64,000 bases of DNA from an uncultured bacterium (lineage in GTDB: Bacteria; Verrucomicrobiota; Verrucomicrobiia; Verrucomicrobiales; DEV007). Below the pieces are notes generated by a model. It was not told the origin of the DNA, did not search any database, and was given only the letters and a program-made list of their open reading frames with translations. The DNA lies in NCBI GenBank assembly GCA_963977015.1, contig CAXBMO010000005.1:128001-192000 (forward strand), read 5' to 3'. How positions within the stretch are numbered: position 1 is the stretch's first letter; each line of letters begins with the position of its first letter. A program made the position numbers and the translations under genes. Shown here piece by piece: positions 9,808-19,622 of the stretch.

Positions 9808-11475
9808 ATGTCAAAGAACGCCAGTGCCCTCTCCTTCCGAAAAGGAATTGATGAAAACATCTTCGAAAAGATGGTCAAATCGGCAGACGCGACAGGAACG
9901 GCCGAAACCCCGGATCAAGTCCAGGAAATTGCGCGAGCCCATCTTGTCGGTGATGCCATTTCCTTGGGAGCGGTGAGCTTTTATGATTTCCTCAAAAAGG
10001 AGAACGAGGGTAAGAAGGTCTTTTGGTGCAATGGCTCCGCCTGTCTCACTGCCGGAACGCAGGAAAACCTGAAGAGCCAGCTTGGCCAGCATTTCACCAA
10101 GGAGGAAGTCGGTCATATCTGCTGCCTTGGCCGGTGTCATGAAGGGGGCGCGTTTCAATATGAGGGTCGTAACTATTCCGGGCAGACAGAGGGAGATCTG
10201 GACACGCTCTTCAAAACCGGAAGCGGAAATGACGCAGACAACTATCTGGTCGGTTCCAATCTGCCTCAGCCGATCTTGACGGCCGATTTCCCCGGTATTG
10301 ACGCGTTCTACTCTTCCTTCAAAACACTGCTGAACCGGGAGCGGGATGACCTTCTTGAAGAACTCAAAGCTTCCAAGCTTCGGGGAAGGGGCGGCGCGGG
10401 TTTTCCCCTCAGTTTTAAGTGGCAAAGTTGCCGCGAAGCCGAAGCGTCGCCCAAATACATCGTTTGCAATGCCGACGAAGGCGATCCCGGGGCTTACATT
10501 GACAAATATTTGATGGAGCACCGGCCTCACTCGGTCCTTTACGGAATGATGGTCGCGGGGTGGTTCGTCGGAGCCGAGCACGGCGTGCTCTACATTCGGG
10601 CCGAATATCCGGATTCAATCCGAATGGTGACCGAAGCGATCCAGGAACTGAAGGACGCGGGGCTTTTGGGACAGAACATCCAGGGGAGCGGTTTTCACTT
10701 TGATCTGAAGGTCATCAAAGGCGCGGGAGCCTACATCTGCGGCGAAGAAACCGCCTTGCTGGCTTCGCTGGAAGGTCAGCGCCCTGAAGTTCGCGCCCGG
10801 CCTCCGTTCCCCACGGTGGAAGGGCTCTTCCGTAAGCCCACCGTCGTGAACAATGTCGAGACGTTCGCGAACCTGCCGTTCATTGTTGAGCAGGGCGGCG
10901 CGAAATATGCCGAGATCGGGACACCGGATTCCACGGGTCCCAAACTCGTTTCTCTCGATAGCCATTTTCAGAAACCCGGCCTCTACGAGGTCGCCATGGG
11001 CACGCCGCTGCGTGAAGTCGTTGAAGTTCTCGGAGGCGGTTTCAAAGGAAGCATCAAGGCAATTCAGGTCGGAGGCCCGCTCGGCGGAATCGTTCCGATA
11101 TCCAAGATTGGCGAGCTGACGGTCGATTTTGAATCCTTCAAGAAGGGCGGATTTCTTCTCGGGCATGCGGGCGTTGTCTCGATTCCAGAGGATTTCCCGA
11201 TGATCGAGTACATCGAACACATGTTTCAATTCACGGCGGATGAAAGCTGCGGCAAATGCTTTCCCTGTCGGCTCGGGTCGGTTCGGGGGCAGGAGCTCGC
11301 GGCGAAAGCGAGGACGGAGGACTACAAGATCGACCCGGAATTGATGCACGACCTCCTGGATACAATGATGGCCACCAGCCTCTGCGCCTTGGGAGGAGGC
11401 GTTCCGCTTCCGATCAAGAATGCGCTCGAATACTTCAAACCCGAACTGCAGCAGTTTTTCTCAGAAGTGCTCTAA
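9808..11475 (+). CDS. NuoE-NuoF-like fusion flavoprotein (NAD(H)-binding subunit of formate dehydrogenase/hydrogenase type)
   Basis: CNGSAC...CLGRC 2Fe-2S ligands; LRGRGGAGFP, CNADEGDPG, GAGAYICGEETALL; ESCGKCFPCRLG...SLCALG 4Fe-4S ligands. Confidence 0.9.
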   Translation: MSKNASALSFRKGIDENIFEKMVKSADATGTAETPDQVQEIARAHLVGDAISLGAVSFYDFLKKENEGKKVFWCNGSACLTAGTQENLKSQLGQHFTKEEVGHICCLGRCHEGGAFQYEGRNYSGQTEGDLDTLFKTGSGNDADNYLVGSNLPQPILTADFPGIDAFYSSFKTLLNRERDDLLEELKASKLRGRGGAGFPLSFKWQSCREAEASPKYIVCNADEGDPGAYIDKYLMEHRPHSVLYGMMVAGWFVGAEHGVLYIRAEYPDSIRMVTEAIQELKDAGLLGQNIQGSGFHFDLKVIKGAGAYICGEETALLASLEGQRPEVRARPPFPTVEGLFRKPTVVNNVETFANLPFIVEQGGAKYAEIGTPDSTGPKLVSLDSHFQKPGLYEVAMGTPLREVVEVLGGGFKGSIKAIQVGGPLGGIVPISKIGELTVDFESFKKGGFLLGHAGVVSIPEDFPMIEYIEHMFQFTADESCGKCFPCRLGSVRGQELAAKARTEDYKIDPELMHDLLDTMMATSLCALGGGVPLPIKNALEYFKPELQQFFSEVL

Positions 11476-11480
11476 CCAGA

Positions 11481-12239
11481 CTAAGATCCGGTCGAGCCCC
11501 CCGGATTGAGCAGGCGACGAACGTCATCAACCGTCATACTGCCATCCAGATCAGCAGGGTTCGTGATATTCACTTCGGCTTTGACGCGCTGAGCCGTGCG
11601 CTGCTCGTAAGAATCGGATCGCTCCATGCTGCGGCGCCCCCGAAAATCGAAACGGCGCCCTTCGTCGCGATTTGCCTCTGTTGCGAAAATCTTGTCCGCC
11701 TCGCGATCGGCATCGGTCTCATACGTCTTGCCTGAGCTGGGAACACTGTCGGCAGCAAACTCCTCCCGCATATTTGAATCCCGGTCCGCCCAGGGAGCCA
11801 CCTTCCGGGAATCTGAAGGGGAATCGCCAGCATCAAAGGAATTACGATTCAACTCGTCGGTGTCGAAATTGCTGACTCCTGCAAACCGCTCCACTTCTGA
11901 ATCATCATCATTGGCAAACCGAGCCAGCGGTCCGGTCCGGATTTTTTTGACGCTGGACTTGGGAAGCTCCATGTCCTCGCCATTGAGATTGAATCTCGTG
12001 GATTTCTTGTCCCGGCGGGACGAGCGCTCTTCCTTTTCGCCGGCTACCACGGCACGTCCGTCCCGAATCTCGAACCCGCTGGCAAATTTATCCTTGAGAC
12101 CATCAACGTCTCCCAACTGCTGCGACCATTGATCCCCAAAGCTCATGCGGCTTTCGGTCTTCAAAACGGTGCGCTGGGTCTCACAACCCGAGAGAAGGGT
12201 GGCGGCAGTGAGCAATGCGAGAAGATAATGAGGGTTCAT
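11481..12239 (-). CDS. Hypothetical lipoprotein
   Basis: MNPHYLLALLTAATLLSG-C lipobox followed by a charged low-complexity body. Confidence 0.7.
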   Translation of the reverse strand: MNPHYLLALLTAATLLSGCETQRTVLKTESRMSFGDQWSQQLGDVDGLKDKFASGFEIRDGRAVVAGEKEERSSRRDKKSTRFNLNGEDMELPKSSVKKIRTGPLARFANDDDSEVERFAGVSNFDTDELNRNSFDAGDSPSDSRKVAPWADRDSNMREEFAADSVPSSGKTYETDADREADKIFATEANRDEGRRFDFRGRRSMERSDSYEQRTAQRVKAEVNITNPADLDGSMTVDDVRRLLNPGGSTGS

Positions 12240-12385
12240 TGGCAGGACAATGCCTCCGAATTGGTGATTCGGCGAGACAAAAACAGGACGCGTTGCGGCG
12301 ATTCCAGATTCATTCGATTCCAAAAATCCCCGGTGTTTCTACGCATCTTGCAGCAGTGCTGAGACTGAATTACCAGTTGATCATC

Positions 12386-13081
12386 ATGAATGCCGCTCAG
12401 TTCGTTCGCCAGTCACTCACGATTACCGCCTATCTCGTTGCCGGCGTTTTCGCGATTCTGATCTTGAGCCGCGTCGGCCCCGTCGCCATTCGGCTTTTCC
12501 TCCCCATCGGGCTCATTGCCGTCACCGTGTGGCTCATTTGGAGCGCATTCCGTCCTCAATCGACCCGATTGGAACGCCATCTCGGCAAACGACAATTCGA
12601 GCGCGGGTTCCAACTGGCAATGCGGAACGACGAAGGCCACCTGATCTCGGATTTTCTGGAGAAATCGCTGAATCTTCCCGCGAATCGATTGCGGCCGCGC
12701 GTTCTCGCCGCCTTCAAGGAGCTCCGCGCGCTGCACTCCAGCGCCTATGATCCCGCCAACACCTTTGTTTCCGAAGGACTAAAAAGAGCGATGCAGGAGA
12801 GTTCCGATGAAGCGCGAAAGGCTTTCTGGGGCATCTGTCGAAACCTCGCCGTCGTTGCCGACCAGGGCGTGAAATTCCCGGATGATCATCATAAAATCGA
12901 GCACCTGGCAAACTCGATCGAAGAATTAACCAAGTCCGCCTCTGAAGTTCGACTCAAGCTTGCGGAGCTTTCGCTCGGGGCGACCGATTCGGAAATCGCC
13001 GAGGCCGCTGAATCGATCGAAAACGTCAGACGCCAAAGTGAGGCATTGCTCGAACTCGAGGCCATGTTTGGTAAGGTGTGA
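12386..13081 (+). CDS. Hypothetical membrane protein (2 TM plus helical/coiled-coil C-terminus)
   Basis: ORF from MNAAQFVRQ with two hydrophobic segments; co-oriented with the next two genes. Confidence 0.7.
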   Translation: MNAAQFVRQSLTITAYLVAGVFAILILSRVGPVAIRLFLPIGLIAVTVWLIWSAFRPQSTRLERHLGKRQFERGFQLAMRNDEGHLISDFLEKSLNLPANRLRPRVLAAFKELRALHSSAYDPANTFVSEGLKRAMQESSDEARKAFWGICRNLAVVADQGVKFPDDHHKIEHLANSIEELTKSASEVRLKLAELSLGATDSEIAEAAESIENVRRQSEALLELEAMFGKV

Positions 13082-13148
13082 GGATGGTGACGAGACCAAA
13101 ATCAATTGCCAAGTGGCTTCGCGCTCGGCATGGTGTTCTTGTTAAGTA

Positions 13149-13979
13149 GTGGAAACCGTTCTTCAAAAATCCGTCTTTATCGTTGGGGTCTTCGTGCTCG
13201 CAATTGCGTGTCGATCGTTCGCCCAACCCATGCTCCACAAGCTAGGCTCGCTGCTTCTTCTCGCCGCCAGCTACCTCGCAGCGTTCTTTGTTTTTGAAAG
13301 CCATGTCGCGGGTGTTGCTGCCGTTCTATTCTGGTTTTTCCTCCCCTGGATCGAACTCCTGACACGTGTCCGGCAGATGCGCCTGCCGATGGAGAAGAAG
13401 TTGAGCCGGCGATCGCCACCCTCACGGGAACGTTTTCCCGAGCTGCTCGACTTCACCACGGAAATCGAGGAAGCCGGGTTTGAGCACGTCGCCGATACCG
13501 GCTGGGATTGGGGCGACATGGCGCAGTTCTTCCGCGTGTTCTATCATGATGAGCTGAAGACCCAGGTTGCCCTCTGCCTGAACGAACAGGAAGGAATCGC
13601 CCTGGCCTACATTGCGGTTACTTCCCGCGACTCCGAAAACAAAACGTTCCGCACCTGGACATTTCCATTTTCAGGCCCCATGCGCCCTGCTCCGGGAGTC
13701 ATCTTGAACCAAATTACGGCAACAGAAACTTTTAAAGACCTGCTCAACCAGCATCTGGCTTTTCTCAAAGAGAAGGGAATTGCTCCCTCGGAGTTGGTTA
13801 GCGACGATCCCGAGACGATCGAGGACTTGATGGAAGTGGAGGTGAGGAATCAGATCCGCCACAACCTGAAACGCGGAATCATAGTGGAATCGATTGAGGA
13901 AGGCACCTTCCGCTACTCCTGGCGGGGTCTCTTTTTTCTTTGGACCCAGATCTTGAAGGACATGGTGAAGCTGTCCTAG
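13149..13979 (+). CDS. Hypothetical membrane protein
   Basis: 276 aa ORF with about 3 N-terminal TM segments; ends 13 bp before deoC. Confidence 0.75.
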   Translation: METVLQKSVFIVGVFVLAIACRSFAQPMLHKLGSLLLLAASYLAAFFVFESHVAGVAAVLFWFFLPWIELLTRVRQMRLPMEKKLSRRSPPSRERFPELLDFTTEIEEAGFEHVADTGWDWGDMAQFFRVFYHDELKTQVALCLNEQEGIALAYIAVTSRDSENKTFRTWTFPFSGPMRPAPGVILNQITATETFKDLLNQHLAFLKEKGIAPSELVSDDPETIEDLMEVEVRNQIRHNLKRGIIVESIEEGTFRYSWRGLFFLWTQILKDMVKLS

Positions 13980-13992
13980 GTTGGGCATCAAC

Positions 13993-14892
13993 ATGTCGAA
14001 TTCCATTCAGCTTTCCAAACGAAGCATCGACGAGGTCGGCGCCAACGAGCGCGCCGCCAAGTTTACGAAACGCAGCATTAAGAACTCCGCCAAATTGCAG
14101 GGGCTCAAGATGGCGGTTTCGATGATGGATCTCACCACGTTGGAGGGACAGGACACTCCCGGCAAACTCGCCTATCTCTGCCAGAAAGCGATCCAGCCCA
14201 TGGAACCCCGCTTCGAAGTTCCCCCTTGTGCTGCGGTTTGCGTCTATCCCAATCTGGTGCGCGAAGCCAAGGCGTTGGTTGGGGACAGCGGCATCAACGT
14301 GGCGTCCGTCGCAACCGGGTTCCCCAGCGGCCAATATCCACACCATCAAAAGCTGGAGGACGTGAAATTTGCCGTTGGCGAAGGCGCGGACGAAATCGAC
14401 ATGGTCATCAGCCGTGGCGAATTTCTTCAGGGACACCTGGATTACGTGGCCAATGAAATCGCAACCGTCAAGGAAGCCTGCGGCACAGCTCACTTAAAGG
14501 TCATCTTTGAGACCGGCGAATTGCAGACCTATGACAACGTTCGCCTCGCAAGCGAATTGGCGATGCAGTCGGGCGCTGATTTCATCAAGACTTCCACCGG
14601 AAAGGTTTCCCCGGCAGCCACGCTTCCCGTGACCCTCATCATGCTGGAAGCGGTTCGTGACCATTTCTTCGCGACCGGCAAGAAGATTGGCGTCAAGCCA
14701 GCCGGCGGCATTCGAACAGCCAAGGAAGCGCTTCAGTATCTCGTCATGGTCAAGGAGACGCTGGGAGATGATTGGCTGACCCCGGATTTATTCCGATTTG
14801 GAGCCAGCTCGCTTCTTGGCGACGTTACCTTGCAGATCGCGAAGCTCGTGGACGGCAACTACCAGAGCGCGGACTACTTCTCGCTTTCCTGA
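13993..14892 (+). CDS. deoC: Deoxyribose-phosphate aldolase
   Basis: MDLTTLEG, AAVCVYP, GADEIDMVI, LKVIFETGEL, GADFIKTSTGK, GVKPAGGIR, FRFGASSLL. Confidence 0.97.
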   Translation: MSNSIQLSKRSIDEVGANERAAKFTKRSIKNSAKLQGLKMAVSMMDLTTLEGQDTPGKLAYLCQKAIQPMEPRFEVPPCAAVCVYPNLVREAKALVGDSGINVASVATGFPSGQYPHHQKLEDVKFAVGEGADEIDMVISRGEFLQGHLDYVANEIATVKEACGTAHLKVIFETGELQTYDNVRLASELAMQSGADFIKTSTGKVSPAATLPVTLIMLEAVRDHFFATGKKIGVKPAGGIRTAKEALQYLVMVKETLGDDWLTPDLFRFGASSLLGDVTLQIAKLVDGNYQSADYFSLS

Positions 14893-15057
14893 TCTAGTCC
14901 GGGGCCACCTGAGTCGCAAATCCTGGACCAACCTCCCCTTTTTCCCGGATTCGCCCCATCATTCCAGCCTTTGAGCCACTATTCGCAAAAATGGTTTTTA
15001 TATTTTGCATAATTTCCATATTTGAGATAGCCTTGATCATTGCTTACCCCAGAAGTC

Positions 15058-15447
15058 ATGAACAAGACCCTCCTGCTCACCATTACCGCACTCTTTTGCT
15101 ACATTGTGCTTCGCCCGGGAGCCGATTCCGACGCTGCTCCTGAATTCAATCACGGAACGTTCCAAACTGCGATTTCGTCCGGGAAACCCGTGGTTGTCGA
15201 CTTTCGCGCAAAGTGGTATCGCGGAAGCAATCAGCTGGCCCCGACGATCGATCAATTGGCTCAGGAAAGTGACGAAATTTACCTCGTCGGCCAACTGGAT
15301 GTTGAACGCCACAAGGATCTCATCCGCGAATACAAGGTCCGCAAGTATCCGACGGTGTTGATTTTCAAAGATGGCAAGGTCGTGGACGAACTCGACTACA
15401 GTCTGAGCGTCCGCGAAATGCAGAATCAGATTTTTCAGTATCTCTAG
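15058..15447 (+). CDS. Exported thioredoxin-fold protein lacking the CxxC motif
   Basis: N-terminal hydrophobic signal; KPVVVDFRAKWYRGSNQLAPTIDQLA...LDVE...YPTVLIFKDGK matches the thioredoxin pattern, with WYRGS in place of WCGPC. Confidence 0.8.
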   Translation: MNKTLLLTITALFCYIVLRPGADSDAAPEFNHGTFQTAISSGKPVVVDFRAKWYRGSNQLAPTIDQLAQESDEIYLVGQLDVERHKDLIREYKVRKYPTVLIFKDGKVVDELDYSLSVREMQNQIFQYL

Positions 15448-15472
15448 GAGATCGTTTCGAAATCCTTTCGAC

Positions 15473-15505
15473 AAAAAAGCCCGGAGTTCGCGAGAACCCC
15501 GGGCT
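15473..15505 (-). terminator. Rho-independent terminator downstream of the glutamine synthetase gene (convergent gene pair)
   Basis: AAAAAA-GCCCGG-AGTTC-GCGA-GAACC-CCGGGC hairpin with a U-tract on the minus strand. Confidence 0.75.
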
Positions 15506-15541
15506 GAATTGTTTTCAATCCTTGAATTCGGAGAAACCGAA

Positions 15542-16537
15542 CTAGGAATTGACGGTCTTCAGAATCCGGGCAGCAACCTGATAAGGATCTGCATTGGAGG
15601 CTGGTCGACGATCTTCAAGGTAGCCCTTGTATCCGTTGTTGGCCGTGCCAATCGGAATCCGGATCGATGCACCACGGTCGGAAACGCCGTAGCTGAATTT
15701 GTCGATCGACTGGGTCTCGTGCAGACCAGTCAAACGCATGTCATTGCAGGAACCGTAAACTGCGATGTGCTCTTCATGAACCTTGGCAAACTTGTCGCAG
15801 ATTCCTTCGATGAGCTCTTTGCCGCCTTTTTCGCGAATGTCGGTGTTCGAAAAGTTGGTGTGCATTCCGGAACCATTCCAATCACCGGTGACCGGCTTCG
15901 GATGGAAATCGACTTCAACACCAAACTGCTCGGCAGTGCGGACGAGGATGTAGCGAGCCAACCAAGCTGCATCACAAGCCTCTTTGGCGCCTTTTCCAAA
16001 GATTTGATATTCCCACTGTCCCATCATCACCTCGGCGTTGATGCCAGTGACTTCGAGGCCGGCGGAAAGTTGAGCGTCGAGAGCTTCCTCAACGATTTCG
16101 CGGCCTTTGGCGACAGCAGAACCAGCTGAGCAGTAGTAGAGCCCCTGGGGAGCTGGATATCCGCCCTGAGGGAAACCAAGAGGAGCACCGCCCTCCATGA
16201 AGGTGTATTCCTGCTCAAATCCAAACCACATGTCCGTGTCGTCCTCAAAGGATCCGCGGAAGTTGGAGGGATGAACGCTGCCATCTGCAGCCAAAACTTC
16301 ACAAAGAACCAATGCTGCATCCTTGCGCTGGGAATCCGGAACGATTTTGACAGGCTTCAGCAAACAGTCCGATGAACTTCCTTCAGCTTGTTCCGTCGAA
16401 CTTCCATCGAAAGACCAGTCGGGAACCTGATCGAGCGAAGGGAACCCATCGCTATCGATGATCTTGGTTTTGCTGCGCATGTTTGGCTCGGGCTTGTAGC
16501 CGTCCAGCCAAATGTATTCTAGCTTATACTTAGCCAT
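15542..16537 (-). CDS. glnII: Glutamine synthetase type II (GSII, beta-grasp short form)
   Basis: MAKYKLEYIWLDG, RSKTK, WSFDGSST, WFGFEQEY, GINAEVMMGQWEYQ, DWNGSGMHTNFS, RLTGLHET, YLEDRRPASNADPY. Confidence 0.93.
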   Translation of the reverse strand: MAKYKLEYIWLDGYKPEPNMRSKTKIIDSDGFPSLDQVPDWSFDGSSTEQAEGSSSDCLLKPVKIVPDSQRKDAALVLCEVLAADGSVHPSNFRGSFEDDTDMWFGFEQEYTFMEGGAPLGFPQGGYPAPQGLYYCSAGSAVAKGREIVEEALDAQLSAGLEVTGINAEVMMGQWEYQIFGKGAKEACDAAWLARYILVRTAEQFGVEVDFHPKPVTGDWNGSGMHTNFSNTDIREKGGKELIEGICDKFAKVHEEHIAVYGSCNDMRLTGLHETQSIDKFSYGVSDRGASIRIPIGTANNGYKGYLEDRRPASNADPYQVAARILKTVNS

Positions 16538-16754
16538 TTCTTCGTATGTTGTGGTTGTTTTTCCGTGTGTTAGAGGTTCAAGATCCGGGAGGGGCACGGT
16601 CCCGCAGATTCACAAAATCCGGGTTGAATCATCACGGGCAATTAGCAGCACGCGTCCCAACTTCAAGTAAAAAGCATCCCAAGACTCTTGTCACTAGCAA
16701 AACCAAAGTGAATTTGTTAGGTTTTGAACAGAATTGTCAACTTCCAACCACTTC

Positions 16755-17369
16755 TTACGGGACGTTCTGAAACCGGTTTTTCAGGTTCAGATGGCCCAGT
16801 TCTTCCGCCTTGGTCGCGAGATACGCCTCGTTAAACTCGTTTGGTGGAGTCAGGGAAGGCACGACTTCATTCACCTCCAGACCGTAACGCTTCATGGAAT
16901 CCACTTTGCGAGGGTTGTTCGTGTTCAAGTTGATTCGGTGAACCCCAAACTCTCTCAAAATGAGAGCGGCCAAACTGAAATCCCGCAGGTCAGCCGGAAA
17001 CCCAAGAATGTGGTTCGCCTCAACTGTATTTGCTCCTTTGGCCTGCTCTGCGTAAGCGCGAATCTTATTGCCGAGACCGATCCCCCTCCCCTCCTGGCGA
17101 AGATAAACCACGATGCCCCGCTTCGTCTCGCCAATGCGTTGAAGGGCCAGATCCAGCTGTTGCTGGCAATCGCATTTGAGGGAGCCGAGCACCTCACCGG
17201 TAAAACATTCCGAATGAATCCGAACAAAAACCGCCTCCTCCTCGCTGAAATCTTCGCCCATGCTGATGGCGAGTGACTCGCTTTCGTCTTGATCATTCCG
17301 AAACACGCGGACATCAAAAGTCCCACGATGGGTTGGGAGTTGGCAGTTCGAATATTCCTGGATTTGCAT
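16755..17369 (-). CDS. ribA: GTP cyclohydrolase II
   Basis: VRIHSECFTGEVLGSLKCDC, YLRQEGRGIGLGNKIRAY, TNNPRK. Confidence 0.96.
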   Translation of the reverse strand: MQIQEYSNCQLPTHRGTFDVRVFRNDQDESESLAISMGEDFSEEEAVFVRIHSECFTGEVLGSLKCDCQQQLDLALQRIGETKRGIVVYLRQEGRGIGLGNKIRAYAEQAKGANTVEANHILGFPADLRDFSLAALILREFGVHRINLNTNNPRKVDSMKRYGLEVNEVVPSLTPPNEFNEAYLATKAEELGHLNLKNRFQNVP

Positions 17370-17437
17370 CAAATCGGTTTGTTACTATACACAAATCCCA
17401 GTAGGGGGGATGCAAAAATCCAAACACACACCCAATC

Positions 17438-17956
17438 ATGACTGAAAATCGTTGGAAATGGGGCGTCCGCTGGCTCATTGCGGCAATTCTGGTCGGATGC
17501 GTGGTTTACCTGTCCAAACAAAGTCCCTATGGCTTTCTGCTCGGTCTGCCCCTGTTGATCGTCGTTGCGATTCTCATCATGCCGGAAATCCTCAAGCCAA
17601 TCAGTTGGATGGTGGATTCCCTCTTTGGAACCGGAGTCGTTTTTGGCGAACGCCCTCCTTTGGATCTCCGGCTGGCGCAACACTATGTGAAGGAGGAACG
17701 TTGGGATGATGCGATCGAGGAATACGCCCGGGTTCGCGGGTATTATCCCGCCATTCCCGATGTCTACACGGAACCGATGATCCTGCTCGCGAAGCTGGGA
17801 GCGGAGAAGGAGGAGATCGAAGAATTGTTTGCCAAGGGGCAGCACAAAATCACGGATCAGGAAGCCAAAGCAGACCTGAAACGAGCCTATGAATCCGCCC
17901 TGGAAGAACTCGGCCACCAACGCGCCGGAAACGATTCGCTCCCGATCAGTTCCTAG
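17438..17956 (+). CDS. Hypothetical membrane protein with TPR-like C-terminus
   Basis: Two TM helices, then LAQHYVKEERWDDAIEEY, a TPR-like helix pair. Confidence 0.7.
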   Translation: MTENRWKWGVRWLIAAILVGCVVYLSKQSPYGFLLGLPLLIVVAILIMPEILKPISWMVDSLFGTGVVFGERPPLDLRLAQHYVKEERWDDAIEEYARVRGYYPAIPDVYTEPMILLAKLGAEKEEIEELFAKGQHKITDQEAKADLKRAYESALEELGHQRAGNDSLPISS

Positions 17957-18034
17957 TTCGAATCCGGCCCCGACGCGTCAGGTCCGTTTCCCTCGATATT
18001 GTGCGGCCCCAGAATCTCGCCGTTGCGGAGAGGA

Positions 18035-18256
18035 TCACGCAGCGATTGGCTCAAACCGGTCCCGGTTGTTCTGAATTTCGAAGCGTCCGATGTCATACTT
18101 CGTCCACCCCCACCAATCCGGAATCCCCTTCGCCGGGCGGTTGGCCGGACCTTCCGCTGTGACGATGAATTTCACGTTCTCGAGGTCGTTCTTCCGCGCC
18201 ACCACACCGAACGCCTCAAAGAAAGTTCCTTTCCCGCTCGTTTTGGCGTTCAGCAT
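18035..18256 (-). pseudogene. Possible degenerate C-terminal remnant of a REP-associated tyrosine transposase (RAYT-like)
   Basis: LNAKTSGKGTFFE...DLENVKFIV...DWWGWTKY loosely resembles the RAYT C-terminus and abuts the palindrome cluster. No HUH motif is visible. Confidence 0.25.
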
Positions 18257-18287
18257 TAACAAACTCTCCAAGGGACGCCGACTCGTG

Positions 18288-18764
18288 GCCATCGTCGGTG
18301 AATCGCAGGACTCCACCGGGGTTCCCCCCCCATGGTATCGAGCCCAACCACCAGACAGCCGCCCAACAAAAGGCCGCCCCAATTGGGTTTACCCCGATTG
18401 AGCGCTGCCCCCGCTAAAACGCCGTCAAATTCTCCTGCGAGCAGGAAGGGCAGAGTTCTTCGCTCGACCGGCACAAGGCCGAATGGCGCTAACTTTAGGC
18501 CGATCATCGGCGATTCAGCCGTGGTCTCCACAGGGGTTTATCCCCGTGGAACCAAGATCAATCACAGACCTGATTCCCACCACCGCCGCCCCAACCGGGT
18601 TTATCCCGGTTGAGCACTGATTCCACCGCTGAGAGCGTCGATTGGGAGCCCGGGCGCGTCCACACAGGATCAGCGCTCAACTGGCGCAAGGCCAGTTGGG
18701 GCGGATATTTGAAAGAGGAAATTCTGTGATTGATCGGGCCTCCCACCGGGATAAACCCGGGTGG
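18288..18764. repeat. REP/BIME-like mosaic of six palindromic units (A-B, A-B, inverted B-A)
   Basis: A units at about 18313, 18527-18550 (TCCACAGGGGTTTATCCCCGTGGA) and 18743-18764 (inverted). B units (CCGCCCCAA-palindrome-TTGAGCRCTG) at 18374-18407, 18586-18619 and 18671-18704 (inverted). Confidence 0.8.
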
Positions 18765-18895
18765 CGGGCTTCCTCAAATACAGCTCATACGGCCATAAGT
18801 TAGCGCCATTCGGCACAAGACCAACCGGGGGGGATTAAAAGCCCAAAGATTTCCCGCTCGCGTTTCAAGGAAGAGAAACGCAGGCTGAAACCAAA

Positions 18896-19609
18896 ATGCA
18901 GCCAACGAACGAAACGAAGCCGCGCGAACGGTGGACGCATCTGCCGAAACTGGCCGGCCTGCTCGGCATGTTGGTTCCGTTGCTGACGGTGGTTTTGCAC
19001 CCGGGCCTGCGCGCAGAAATGGTTGAGGGAATCCGGATTCTTTCGTCCGGCAACTTGAACGCGCTGCACGTTTGGGCGGCAGAGTTTGGCGTCTGGGCTC
19101 CTCTCGCGACGAGCGCTCTCATGATCGCGCAAGCGTTGGCCGCACCGATTCCCGCAGTTCTCGTCACCTGGACCAATGCGCTTCTCTTCGGCTGGTTTCC
19201 CGGTGGTTGCCTGTCGATCGTCTCCGCGACCGTGGCCGCTTCGATTTGCTACGGAATAGGGCGCATCTTCGGTCTGCCGCTCGCGAATCGATTCGTGCGT
19301 CCGGAGACATTGCAGCAATGGGAAAAATCCATCGACCGCTACGGCGCCAACGCCATCCTTCTCGCTCGCCTCATCCCCTTCGTCCCGTTCGATCCGATCA
19401 GCTACATCGCGGGCATCGTCCGCATGCGCTTCTGGCCATTTTTCCTCATGACGCTCCTCGGCCAAATCCCGGCCGGGTTCGCCTATTCGTATCTCGGTGA
19501 GCAAGTCACGCAACCGGCGCGATTGGTCGTGACGTCGATCTGCGTGGTCGTAGCTCTGGTCGTGATCGGCCTGACCGCGCGACGGATTTTGCAAGGACGA
19601 GAACCTTGA
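18896..19609 (+). CDS. TVP38/TMEM64 (DedA superfamily, YdjZ-like) membrane protein
   Basis: QALAAPIPA...NALLFG, ILLARLIPFVPFDPISYIAG, TLLGQIPA. Confidence 0.9.
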   Translation: MQPTNETKPRERWTHLPKLAGLLGMLVPLLTVVLHPGLRAEMVEGIRILSSGNLNALHVWAAEFGVWAPLATSALMIAQALAAPIPAVLVTWTNALLFGWFPGGCLSIVSATVAASICYGIGRIFGLPLANRFVRPETLQQWEKSIDRYGANAILLARLIPFVPFDPISYIAGIVRMRFWPFFLMTLLGQIPAGFAYSYLGEQVTQPARLVVTSICVVVALVVIGLTARRILQGREP

Positions 19610-19622
19610 GCCACGAAAACTC

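Noticed and set aside
18288-18764. CRISPR array
   Set aside because: The units are degenerate, alternate in type, invert in orientation and lack regular unique spacers. No cas genes are present.
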